From assembly GCA_903839725.1 (NCBI GenBank), contig CAIMDG010000002.1, positions 305,117-369,116 on the forward strand: a DNA stretch of 64,000 bases. The letters are read 5' to 3'. Below, one piece after another: positions 28,111 to 38,020 of the stretch. The notes under the pieces were generated by a model. It worked only from the letters and a program-made list of their open reading frames with translations. It was not told the origin of the DNA and ran no database searches. The DNA is from an uncultured bacterium. Its GTDB lineage: Bacteria; Patescibacteriota; Minisyncoccia; Phycocordibacterales; PALSA-1337. The stretch's first letter is position 1; each line of letters begins with the position of its first letter. The position numbers and the translations under genes are program-made.

Positions 28111-28797
28111 ATGTTAGTTTCTGTACATTACACGTATCTTCTCGCTTTGATACCTTTTGGAATCATTTGGATTCTTATTTTTCTCAAAAGAAAAGATCTT
28201 CGAAAGGAGATGTACACAATGAGTCTTATCATTGGTGTTTTGAGTGTAATCACTTCGTATTATTGGTGGACGGTAGATTGGTGGAAGCCTCTAACATTTA
28301 CAGGAACAAAAGTTGGTCTTGAAGATTTCTTGATGGGCTTTACGACGGGAGGTATTATGGCAAGCATATATGAAGTGATATTTAAACGAGGACTTTACAA
28401 AAGAAAATTGCATCACCATATAAGTGGGGGACTAACACTTCTATTCCTCCTTGCTCAAACAGTAATGTGGTTATTCTGGGGAGTTGGCCTTACGTCATTC
28501 TGGTCAGCGACTATTGCAATGATTATGGTCGCATTCATCATGATCTTTATTCGTAGAGATCTATTTTTGAGTGCTCTGTTGTCTGGGGTGCTCATGGCAA
28601 TTATTTCTTCTTTGTTCTATTACACGATTATCGTCATTTCTCCGGGCTGGATAGACCAGACATATCTTCATGGCCTAAGTGGTTTAAGACTTTTTGGTGT
28701 GCCTATTGAAGAATACGTCTTCTGGTTCTTGTCGGGAGTCATTTTCGGTCCTTTCTACGAATATTGGCAGGGTGAGAAATTCAAGAAATTGAAATAG
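28111..28797 (+). CDS. Lycopene cyclase domain (CrtYc/d-like) membrane protein
   Basis: Two repeats ending in GLEDFL and GVPIEEYVFWF. Confidence 0.7.
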   Translation: MLVSVHYTYLLALIPFGIIWILIFLKRKDLRKEMYTMSLIIGVLSVITSYYWWTVDWWKPLTFTGTKVGLEDFLMGFTTGGIMASIYEVIFKRGLYKRKLHHHISGGLTLLFLLAQTVMWLFWGVGLTSFWSATIAMIMVAFIMIFIRRDLFLSALLSGVLMAIISSLFYYTIIVISPGWIDQTYLHGLSGLRLFGVPIEEYVFWFLSGVIFGPFYEYWQGEKFKKLK

Positions 28798-28840
28798 TCT
28801 ATTTTAGTGATTTTCAGCCAATTTCTGCTACAATTGCTCC

Positions 28841-30589
28841 ATGAAAGAACAATTAGTCTCTTCACTCGAAAAAGCCCTTTCAACACTCGGTGTTGAGGCA
28901 AGTTTTGTGCGTCTTGAATATCCCGAGAATCCAGAACACGGTGACTATTCGAGCAATGTGGCAATGATGAATGCTAAGAAGCTCGGCGTGGCACCAAAGG
29001 TGCTTGCAGAAAAGATTGTTGCAGAATTTTCAAATAATAAACCTGATTTTATTGAATCGGTTAGCATTGCTGGTCCAGGATTTATCAATTTCAAATTGAC
29101 CACTTCTGCAGTTACTGCGAATACCTCATCTATCTTAAAACAAAAAGAAAATTTTGGTGTGCAAACTCTCGGTAAAGGTAAGACGATGCTTGTTGAATAT
29201 TCATCACCAAATATCGCAAAGCCTTTTACGGTCGGACATTTACGCTCAACTATTATCGGAGATTCAGTTGCGAACATTCTTGATATGCTCGGCTATACCG
29301 TTGTTCGTGACAATCATTTGGGTGATTGGGGGACACAATTTGGAAAATTGGTTGTTGCATTGGAAAAATGGGGAAGTATAGAGACGATCAAAAAGAGTAA
29401 AGAACCTATTAAAGACCTCGTTGAGTTGTATGTGAAATTCCACGATGAAGTTGAAGGTGCGCGTGAAGCGGGTGATGAAGTTACTGCAAATGATCTTGAA
29501 GAACAAGCACGTGGAGCATTTCAGACACTTGAATCAGATTTACTCAAAGGAAATATCAAGTCTGAATTAGTTTCGACATGGAAGACGTGCATCGAATTAT
29601 CGAAAAAAGAATTTGATATTGTATACAAAAAGCTTGGTGTGTCATTTGATCCAAAGAGGGGAGATACGGAACTTGGTGAAAGTTTTTATATTGATAAGTC
29701 ACAACCAGTTACGGAACAACTCAAAGCAAAGAACCTTTTGAAAGAAAGTGAAGGTGCACAAGTGGTTTTCTTTGAAGGGGAAAAATATCCTCCACTTATT
29801 GTCGAGAAGAGTAATGGTGCTTCTATTTACGCTACTCGCGATTTGGCGGCTGATTGGTATCGCAAGCAAATGTACGGCAAGAATGGAAATCTCACTATTG
29901 TGAATGAAGTTGGTTCAGAACAGACGTTATATTTCAGACAACTCTTTGAAACTGAGAAGATGTTGGGTTGGTTCAACGATGGTGAACGTGTGCATGTGTC
30001 TCATGGTTTGTACCGATTCAAGGATGGAAAAATGTCTACACGAAAGGGTAATGTCATCTGGCTCGATGATATCATCACCGAAGCTGAAACTCGTGCCGCA
30101 AAGATTAATGAACAAAGTGCTCATGATGTAGCGATTGCCGCTATCAAGTTCAATGATCTGAAGCGCGATTCTATTCAAGACATTGTGTTTGATTGGGATG
30201 AAATGATGAGTATGACAGGGGATTCGGGTCCATATCTTCAGTATTCATGTGTTCGCGCAGGAGCTGTCGTAGAAAAGGCTCGTGGACTCGGTATTGCAGG
30301 ATCACTTTCTGGTAAGAGACCAGAAGTTGCGGCACTCGAACAACTAGAGAGAAACCTCGTTCGATTCCCATACATGATTGCATTTGCTGGTGAATCATAT
30401 AAACCAAATATTATTGCAAATTATCTCATTACTACCGCAGCACTATTTAATGGTTTTTATGCTCAAACTATTATTGCTGATGCAGCGGATGAAACATCTG
30501 CCTACAAAGTCGCTGTTACCGAGGCGTTTGCCATTATTATGAAACAAGGTCTTCGCCTTCTTGGAATTACGATTCCAGAGAAGATGTAA
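28841..30589 (+). CDS. argS: Arginine--tRNA ligase
   Basis: HGDYSSN, GPGFINF, EYSSPNIAKP..VGHLRS, KMSTRKG, YLQY. Confidence 0.97.
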   Translation: MKEQLVSSLEKALSTLGVEASFVRLEYPENPEHGDYSSNVAMMNAKKLGVAPKVLAEKIVAEFSNNKPDFIESVSIAGPGFINFKLTTSAVTANTSSILKQKENFGVQTLGKGKTMLVEYSSPNIAKPFTVGHLRSTIIGDSVANILDMLGYTVVRDNHLGDWGTQFGKLVVALEKWGSIETIKKSKEPIKDLVELYVKFHDEVEGAREAGDEVTANDLEEQARGAFQTLESDLLKGNIKSELVSTWKTCIELSKKEFDIVYKKLGVSFDPKRGDTELGESFYIDKSQPVTEQLKAKNLLKESEGAQVVFFEGEKYPPLIVEKSNGASIYATRDLAADWYRKQMYGKNGNLTIVNEVGSEQTLYFRQLFETEKMLGWFNDGERVHVSHGLYRFKDGKMSTRKGNVIWLDDIITEAETRAAKINEQSAHDVAIAAIKFNDLKRDSIQDIVFDWDEMMSMTGDSGPYLQYSCVRAGAVVEKARGLGIAGSLSGKRPEVAALEQLERNLVRFPYMIAFAGESYKPNIIANYLITTAALFNGFYAQTIIADAADETSAYKVAVTEAFAIIMKQGLRLLGITIPEKM

Positions 30590-30625
30590 ATTAGTAGAAT
30601 TGTCTACTGGGTAAGATTAATTTAT

Positions 30626-30988
30626 ATGAAAATATATATCTCACATGTAAAAGAATCCGATTTTCTTGATGGTCTTTATAAGCCTATAAAAGAATCAGAG
30701 TTATACAGTAAACATGAGTTCTTTTTTCCTCATGATTCAAATGAACTTGTAAATACTAAAGATATTATAAAAAACTCAGCACTTGTTATTGCTGAAGTTT
30801 CGCAACCAGCAACTGGTCAGGGTATTGAGCTCGGATGGGCAAATATACTTAATGTTCCAATTGTGTGCATATATAAAGATGGTTGCAAAATAGCAGGGTC
30901 ACTCAAATATATTTCTGATACATTTATTGTTTATTCAGATCAAACAGATTTGATTAAAAAACTTTCTGAGTATCTTAATAAGATTTAG
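30626..30988 (+). CDS. Nucleoside 2-deoxyribosyltransferase/Rcl-like protein
   Basis: KIYIS, IAEVS.P.TG.GIELGWA. Confidence 0.75.
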   Translation: MKIYISHVKESDFLDGLYKPIKESELYSKHEFFFPHDSNELVNTKDIIKNSALVIAEVSQPATGQGIELGWANILNVPIVCIYKDGCKIAGSLKYISDTFIVYSDQTDLIKKLSEYLNKI

Positions 30989-31031
30989 ACGCATTGAAAT
31001 AAGCCCTTAATTAGCGTAATCTGTATACATT

Positions 31032-34000
31032 ATGTCAGTAGAAATTCCAGACAAAAAACCAAAATCACCTAATGCGGAGCGTGAAGAACGTATTCTTTTG
31101 AGTTGGAAAGAAAAAGATATTTTCAATAAAACTCTAACTAAACCTGCACCCAAAGGGGAATTCGTTTTTTTTGAAGGTCCTCCAACTGCCAATGGTCGCC
31201 CCGGAATCCATCACCTCGAAGCGCGTGCATTCAAGGATGCAATACCTCGTTACAAAACGATGCAAGGTTTTTATGTGCGTCGCAAAGGAGGTTGGGATAC
31301 TCACGGTTTGCCCGTTGAACTCCAAGTAGAAAAAGAGCTTGGTCTCAAATCAAAAAAGGAAATCGAGAATTACGGTATCGCCGCATTCAATGATAAGTGT
31401 AAAGAAAGTGTTTGGAAATATGTCCATGAATGGGAAGACTTCACCAATCGCATGGGATACTGGGTTGATCTCAAGAATCCATACATCACCTATAAGTCTC
31501 AATATATTGAAGCAGTATGGAATGTCATCAAGACTGCAGATGATAAGAAGTTACTCTATAAAGACTACAAAGTAGTACCATGGTGTCCGCGTTGTGGAAC
31601 AGGATTATCTTCACATGAATTGGCACAAGGGTATGAAGAAGTAAAGGATTTGACGTTGTACGTTAAATTCAAAATTAAATCTCAAATTTCAAATCTCAAA
31701 AATGAAGCACAGGGAGATACATATTTTTTGGCATGGACAACAACACCGTGGACGCTTCCGGGAAATGTGGCATTGGCAGTAGGGAAGGATATTGAATATG
31801 TGAAGGTTAAAACAGGTGAATTACTTTCACCAGAAGCTTCTTCACCTAAAGGTGGTAAAGGTGTCGATATGGAAGCGGCATTTATTCGCGGTAATAATAA
31901 GGATGATATTTATTTAATTCTTGCAAAAGAGCGTTTGAGTGTACTCAAAGATGTTCAGCATGAAATTGTTGAAACAATAAAGGGCTCTGACCTTGTCGGA
32001 CTTTCCTATGAGCCACTATTCTCATTCTTGAAAGACAGCGTGACAGGGGAGCAGAAAGATAAACTTTCACATGCATTCAAAGTATATGCGGGTGATTTCG
32101 TCACCACAACCGACGGTACAGGTATTGTGCACATCGCCCCAATGTATGGACAAGACGATTTTGAGCTCGGTACAAAAAATAATTTGCCAAAATATCATCT
32201 CGTAAATGATGACGGCACGTTCAAAAAAGAATGTGGCTTTTTGGCTGGTAGATTCGTCAAAGAGAAAGATGCTAATGGTAAACCAACCTTGGATGTTGAT
32301 GTGGTTAATTATCTCAAAGAAAAAGGATTATTCTTTGCTCAAGAAAATTATAAGCATACATATCCTCATTGCTGGCGCTGTCATACACCACTTATCTATT
32401 TTGCACGTGATTCATGGTATATCCGCATGTCATCACTTCGAGATGAGCTCGTTAAACAAAATGAAGGTATTCATTGGGAACCTGAACATATCAAAGAAGG
32501 ACGTTTCGGTGAATGGCTCCGCGAAATCAAGGATTGGGCAATTTCACGTGAGCGTTATTGGGGAACACCATTGCCAATCTGGTCATGTGAAAAATGTCAT
32601 GCACGAAAAGTTGTTGGTTCAGTCGATGATCTCAAACGTCCTGCAAAGAATACGTATTATGTGATGAGACATGGTGAGTCGACAGGTAATATTGAAAGGG
32701 TTTTGAATAGTAGTATAACCGCGCAAGTTTCTCTTACTGATACTGGTAAAGAGCAAGTAAAAAAGTCCGCGCAAGCTTTGAGAAAGATATCATTTGACTA
32801 CATAATCGCTTCTCCTCTTGTGCGCACCCAAGAAACAGCACATATTGTAAAAAATGAACTCGGTCTTACTGATAGTCAGATGATTACGGATGAACGTCTA
32901 GTCGAACTCGGTCTTGGTCCATGGAATGGAAAACCTGTAGATGATTTTCTTGATGCGTATCCAGTCGCTAGTCGCTTTGAGAAGACTATTGAAGGTGTAG
33001 AATCGTATGTTGATCTCAAAAAACGCGTTGGCGGTTTTCTCTATGAGTGTGAGAAAAAATATGAGGGCAAAACTATTCTTATCGTTACTCATGGTTCTCC
33101 TGCTACATTACTTGTGGCTGTGACACAGGGAATGAATCATGAACAAACTATTTCCTACGAAGAAGAACATTTCCTCGGTAATGCTGAAGTTCGTCCTCTT
33201 CAATATACCGTTTTTCCACATAATACTGAGTATGAACTCGATCTCCACCGACCATTCATCGATGAGGTAACCTTTGCATGTTCGTGTGGAGGAGTAATGA
33301 AGCGTGCAAAAGAAGTTATGGACGTCTGGTTTGATTCTGGAGCTATGCCATTTGCGCAAGATCACGAGATGAAATCTCAAATCTCAAAAATCAAATCTCA
33401 AAACTTCTTTTCAAAATTATTCGGTAAGGAATCAAAGATGTTATATCCTGCCGATTTTATTTCAGAGGCAATTGACCAGACTCGTGGATGGTTCTATACA
33501 CTTCATGCTATTGGTGCAATCATGGGGAAGGGTAAGGCGTACAGGAATGTTATTTGTCTCGGACATATTCTCGATGCTGAGGGTAAGAAGATGTCCAAGT
33601 CTGTAGGTAATGTGGTGAATCCATGGGACATGATGGATCTTTACGGTGCTGATGCATTACGTTTTTGGATGTATTCGGTCAATCAGCCAGGTGACTCAAA
33701 GAATTTTGATCAAAAAACAGTTGATGAGGTGGTGAAGAAAGTATTTAACTTGGCTTCAAATGTTCTTTCGTTCTATAAGATGTACGAAGATACATCTCAA
33801 AAATCAAATCTCAAAAATCAAATCAAATCGCAAAACGTACTGGATCAATGGATCATCACACGATTGGATGAAGTTATTGAGACGGTCACAAAAGGACTTG
33901 ATGGGTATGTATTCTTGGAACCTACACGTACTATCCGTGATTTTATCGCTGATCTATCACAATGGTATCTTCGCCGTTCACGCGATAGATTCAAGGGTGA

Positions 34001-34619
34001 TGATGAAGCTGATAAACAAGCAGCACTAGAAACAACAAAGTATGTATTGATAACTTTGGCAAAAGTTATGGCACCATTCACACCGTTCTTTGCTGAATTT
34101 ATGTATACAGAAACTGGTGGTGAAAAGGAAAGTGTTCACCTCGAGGAGTGGCCAGAAGCAGGGAAGGTTGATGCGAAACTTATTGCCGACATGAATATTG
34201 TTCGAAGTCTTTCTTCGAAGGGTCTTGAGGCAAGAATGAAGGCAAAAATAAATGTGAGACAGCCACTCGCAAATCTTAAATCTCAAATTTCAAATCTCAA
34301 AGATTTAGCACCGGAACTTATTGATCTCATAAAGGATGAAGTAAATGTAAAAAATATCGTATTTGAAGGAGCACTTACAACTGAAGTCGAGTTGGATACA
34401 ACTATCACTCCAGAGCTCAAAGAAGAAGGTGATGTTCGTGAACTCATCCGTTCTATTCAAGATTTGAGAAAAGAAAAAGGTCTGTCTGTAGGAGATAAAG
34501 TATCTATTACTGTCCCAGAATCAAATCGTGCCTTGGTTGAAAAATATGGCCATGAAATCAAGAAGACAACAGGTCTCATCGATATCAAGGTCGGTGATAG
34601 CTTGAGTATCATCGCGTAA
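31032..34619 (+). CDS. ileS: Isoleucine--tRNA ligase (type 2) with inserted histidine-phosphatase domain
   Basis: EGPPTANG.PGIHH, GWDTHGLP, WTTTPWTLP, GTGIVH, KMSKS; RHGE domain at ~32649-33200. Confidence 0.96.
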   Translation: MSVEIPDKKPKSPNAEREERILLSWKEKDIFNKTLTKPAPKGEFVFFEGPPTANGRPGIHHLEARAFKDAIPRYKTMQGFYVRRKGGWDTHGLPVELQVEKELGLKSKKEIENYGIAAFNDKCKESVWKYVHEWEDFTNRMGYWVDLKNPYITYKSQYIEAVWNVIKTADDKKLLYKDYKVVPWCPRCGTGLSSHELAQGYEEVKDLTLYVKFKIKSQISNLKNEAQGDTYFLAWTTTPWTLPGNVALAVGKDIEYVKVKTGELLSPEASSPKGGKGVDMEAAFIRGNNKDDIYLILAKERLSVLKDVQHEIVETIKGSDLVGLSYEPLFSFLKDSVTGEQKDKLSHAFKVYAGDFVTTTDGTGIVHIAPMYGQDDFELGTKNNLPKYHLVNDDGTFKKECGFLAGRFVKEKDANGKPTLDVDVVNYLKEKGLFFAQENYKHTYPHCWRCHTPLIYFARDSWYIRMSSLRDELVKQNEGIHWEPEHIKEGRFGEWLREIKDWAISRERYWGTPLPIWSCEKCHARKVVGSVDDLKRPAKNTYYVMRHGESTGNIERVLNSSITAQVSLTDTGKEQVKKSAQALRKISFDYIIASPLVRTQETAHIVKNELGLTDSQMITDERLVELGLGPWNGKPVDDFLDAYPVASRFEKTIEGVESYVDLKKRVGGFLYECEKKYEGKTILIVTHGSPATLLVAVTQGMNHEQTISYEEEHFLGNAEVRPLQYTVFPHNTEYELDLHRPFIDEVTFACSCGGVMKRAKEVMDVWFDSGAMPFAQDHEMKSQISKIKSQNFFSKLFGKESKMLYPADFISEAIDQTRGWFYTLHAIGAIMGKGKAYRNVICLGHILDAEGKKMSKSVGNVVNPWDMMDLYGADALRFWMYSVNQPGDSKNFDQKTVDEVVKKVFNLASNVLSFYKMYEDTSQKSNLKNQIKSQNVLDQWIITRLDEVIETVTKGLDGYVFLEPTRTIRDFIADLSQWYLRRSRDRFKGDDEADKQAALETTKYVLITLAKVMAPFTPFFAEFMYTETGGEKESVHLEEWPEAGKVDAKLIADMNIVRSLSSKGLEARMKAKINVRQPLANLKSQISNLKDLAPELIDLIKDEVNVKNIVFEGALTTEVELDTTITPELKEEGDVRELIRSIQDLRKEKGLSVGDKVSITVPESNRALVEKYGHEIKKTTGLIDIKVGDSLSIIA

Positions 34620-35243
34620 ATGCATCCGATTCATACAACTCCTGGTCTTATCATTCATTCACGTCCATATGGTGAAGCGGGGAAGTTGTTGTCGATATTT
34701 ACACGTGATTTTGGTCTTGTGCTCGCGAATGCACAAGGTATCCGACTAGAAAAATCAAAGTTGCGACCATTTATCCAAGATTATTCATTTGGTATTTTTT
34801 CGTTGGTAAAAGGAAAAGAGTTGTGGAGATTAACAAGCGCGCAGAGTGTCGCTACGAATCTACAAATAAATACGAATGCCATGCCTGCGCATGCAGGAAC
34901 AAATACATCGCAACCTCATCTAGAATTGTTTGCGCGACTCGCACTACTTCTCAAGAGACTGCTTCAAGGAGAAGAACCACATGCTGAACTATTTGATGTG
35001 ATTATGTTGTGTAAGGAATTTTTGCAGAACACCATTAATATATCTGATGAACAAGTAAAAACGCTTGAATCTTTGGTAGTTTTGCGCATGATGCATTCGC
35101 TCGGATACATAGGTAAGGATATATTACTGGATGAGCATATTCTCTCAAAAGTAATTTCACTTGAATTGATCGATCAGCTCACAGGGAAGCGCGTTGTCAT
35201 GAATCAGCATATAAATAAAGCTTTGAAGGAGTCACATTTGTAA
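34620..35243 (+). CDS. recO: DNA repair protein RecO
   Basis: YGEA.....IFTRDFG.....AQGIR..KSKLR N-terminal OB-fold pattern. Confidence 0.85.
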   Translation: MHPIHTTPGLIIHSRPYGEAGKLLSIFTRDFGLVLANAQGIRLEKSKLRPFIQDYSFGIFSLVKGKELWRLTSAQSVATNLQINTNAMPAHAGTNTSQPHLELFARLALLLKRLLQGEEPHAELFDVIMLCKEFLQNTINISDEQVKTLESLVVLRMMHSLGYIGKDILLDEHILSKVISLELIDQLTGKRVVMNQHINKALKESHL

Positions 35244-35245
35244 TT

Positions 35246-35380
35246 CTTGAAGCGACTCATACACCCTGTGGTGCAAGAGACTCCGTGACGAGCAAATATA
35301 AGTGCCTGAAGAATTATATAATGAAACGATATCCCGCTGGGAAGTCTCTTGCACCACAGGGTGTATGAGCCGCTTTCAAG
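35246..35380. repeat. Stem-loop element carrying conserved 60-nt core, copy 1
   Basis: Perfect 27-bp arms 35256-35282/35343-35369 enclosing core 35283-35342. Confidence 0.9.
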
Positions 35381-35409
35381 GTTGACTGTTTCGTAGTAAA
35401 ATATAAGGG

Positions 35410-37347
35410 ATGTCATCAGATGATCGTAGTCGTATTGAAGAACTTAAAAAGTCACTGTATTCTCGTACAGCGCCTGATGTTCGTACGCGCCGCAAACTTC
35501 ATTTCTCAGACCAAGCCAATGAAGTCAAAAAAACATGGGGTGACACTGTTGATACCCCAGTAGAAGCACCTGCTCCTGGTCAACAATACGAAGGTCATTC
35601 AATGTCTTTTTTTACTAAAATACTTATTGGTTCGATTATATTTTGTGCCATTTCTGTTGGTATTGGCGCATATCTCTTTTTCAATGGGGCGAATCTTATT
35701 TCTGGAAATAATATAGAGATAACTATCAGTGGGCCAGTTTCTATTCCTGGTGGAGAGCCAGTATCATTCGATGTGAAGGCTGTAAATAAAAATAATATTG
35801 GACTTGAAGTTGTTGATATGACCGTTGATTTTCCAGAAGGAACTATTGACCCCAAGCATCCATCACAAGAATTAAAGACCTATAGTCAGCTTATTGGAGA
35901 TTTGGCTTCTGGAGGTACTGCGCATCAGAAAATTGAAGCAATTATATTTGGTGAAGAAAATATGCAGAAACAGATCAATGTGACTTTGACCTATCAAGTC
36001 AAAGGATCTTCAGCGCTGTTCACCAAGAAACAGTCATATGATGTTCTTATCAATTCATCACCAATCACTGCTAGTGTTTCAACATTGAGCGAAATAACAT
36101 CTGGGCAAGAGTTTGATATGAAAGTTGTGGTTAAATCAAATTCTCAGCAAATACTCAAAAATATTCTTTTGAAGGGAAGTTATCCTTTTGGATATACATT
36201 CATATCAGCAGATACACAACCACTTTCTGATAATGCGACATGGAAGATAGGGGATATACCATCAGGTGGAGAACGTACGATCACCATTCATGGCAAATTG
36301 GAGGGATCTGATGCCGATAATCGAATCTTTCACTTTGTTGTTGGTACACAAGGTTCAGGTGCTGCCAATGCTATGGGAACTCAATATGTGGCAACAGAAC
36401 AAAATATCACTATTCAGAAACCATTCGTTTCGTTGAATATATCCGTGAATAGTCAGTCGGGAATTGCGGATACTGTTGGACAATTCAATAAACCTCAGAA
36501 AGTAGATATTATGTGGACGAATAATCTTTCTGTGCCAATTTCAAATCTACAAATTATCGCTAAGCTCTCAGGTACCGCGTATGACAAGACAGCTGTACAA
36601 CCAGATGCTGGGTATTTCCGTTCTATTACTGATGATGTTGTGTGGAATCAACAGACAAATCCTGAACTTGAACTCGTAAATCCTGGTGATACAGGACACG
36701 TGCGATTGAATGTTGTTCCAAAAGATAGAAGTACTTCATCAAATCAAATTATAAATCCAATACTGACAGTCGTTGTGAGTGTACTTTCGGATCGTTCTCG
36801 GGAAAATAATGTTGCCGGTAATCTTTCTTCTGTTGCAACAAAAAACATCCGCCTACCAACAAAAACTTCTCTTACTGGTCGAATTGTACGTTCAGTAGGA
36901 CCATTCACGAATACAGGACCTATCCCACCAAAAGCGGAACAGCCAACAACATATACTGTTATATGGACGATCAATAATACCGTCAACGCAATTTCCAATA
37001 CTCAAGTTACTGCAACATTGCCCCCATATGTTACGTGGCTCGGTCAAGCTTCACCTACAACAGAACCTATTACCTTCGATCAAAATAGTGGACTTATAAC
37101 CTGGAATCCAGGATCTGTTCCTGCGTATGCCAACAATACAACACTTCGAAAAGAAGTAGCATTTCAGATTTCATTTTTACCAAATGTGAATCAAGTTAAC
37201 CAGTATCCCGTTTTGGTAAATCAGGTAGACCTCAAGGCGGTTGACGGGTTTACGGGTGTAAAATTGGAAAGTATTCAAGAAAGCCTCACAACTCGATTCA
37301 GTACAGATCCTACGTATAAATCAATTCAATCTGTGGTTGTAAAGTAG
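35410..37347 (+). CDS. Membrane-anchored exported beta-sandwich repeat protein
   Basis: Single TM helix near residue 70-90, followed by Ig-like repeats, GPIPPK motif. Confidence 0.8.
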   Translation: MSSDDRSRIEELKKSLYSRTAPDVRTRRKLHFSDQANEVKKTWGDTVDTPVEAPAPGQQYEGHSMSFFTKILIGSIIFCAISVGIGAYLFFNGANLISGNNIEITISGPVSIPGGEPVSFDVKAVNKNNIGLEVVDMTVDFPEGTIDPKHPSQELKTYSQLIGDLASGGTAHQKIEAIIFGEENMQKQINVTLTYQVKGSSALFTKKQSYDVLINSSPITASVSTLSEITSGQEFDMKVVVKSNSQQILKNILLKGSYPFGYTFISADTQPLSDNATWKIGDIPSGGERTITIHGKLEGSDADNRIFHFVVGTQGSGAANAMGTQYVATEQNITIQKPFVSLNISVNSQSGIADTVGQFNKPQKVDIMWTNNLSVPISNLQIIAKLSGTAYDKTAVQPDAGYFRSITDDVVWNQQTNPELELVNPGDTGHVRLNVVPKDRSTSSNQIINPILTVVVSVLSDRSRENNVAGNLSSVATKNIRLPTKTSLTGRIVRSVGPFTNTGPIPPKAEQPTTYTVIWTINNTVNAISNTQVTATLPPYVTWLGQASPTTEPITFDQNSGLITWNPGSVPAYANNTTLRKEVAFQISFLPNVNQVNQYPVLVNQVDLKAVDGFTGVKLESIQESLTTRFSTDPTYKSIQSVVVK

Positions 37348-37443
37348 ATATTGCGTGGGTATTATAGGAATATATCAAGGTATTTTTCTATTGCTAGGTA
37401 TAATAGCTTGACAAATCTACTATAGGTGCTATGGTTATTTTAT

Positions 37444-37943
37444 GGCAGGGCACTCTTGACACCCCCTTCCGGTGTTCCTGCCGTTTTGAAAGCAGAAAAG
37501 TCGCCGTTTGGACGGTCCCACGGGTTCTGAAGCAGTCTCGTTGCTGTCTGCGCAGATACTACGTCGGTCCGCCCTTCATGGCGTTGCGAGTCCGGACAAA
37601 TCCACTGGATCATCCGGTTGTTCCATCTTCCTTGTTGTTCTGGTGAAAATCAGATGGGGAGGTGGACACAATTTCCGTCTCGGTTCTCATTGTGAAAGTC
37701 ACACGCACTCATACGTGGCAATTGCAATGAGGCCGAGGCGACCAATTTGTTCTTTACATACTTTGCGCGGGGACACTTTGCTCAGGTGTCTGTCGCTGCA
37801 TCAGTTCCCACGAACACGTGTATGCGCTCGATTCGTTCACATCGCTGCGTTGGCCACATTGTGTTTGTGGGAGCCCCTTTTGTTCAGACAACATTGTTGT
37901 TTGATACCCCCCCCCGTCGTTACCAAACGATGGGGTGTTTTTT
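37444..37943 (+). ncRNA. Candidate large structured ncRNA B
   Basis: TTGACA-16-TATGGT promoter at 37408-37435, at least 8 consecutive G-U-containing hairpins, terminator at 37912-37943. Confidence 0.6.
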
Positions 37944-38020
37944 ATCTAGTAATTTACGCATGACAGGTTTTCATTTTTGAGGAACTTTCCGATTTTAAGC
38001 TTTTGATATACAATGCCTTT

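Noticed and set aside
37444-37943. T-box, RNase P or tmRNA identity
   Set aside because: No AAGGTGGNACC T-box, no GAGGAAAGTCC RNase P motif and no tRNA-like ends seen by eye; cmscan is still needed.
37431-37980. Overlapping ORFs of 71, 151 and 77 aa
   Set aside because: Atypical composition, weak starts, two read through the terminator; better explained by stop-poor GC-rich structured RNA.
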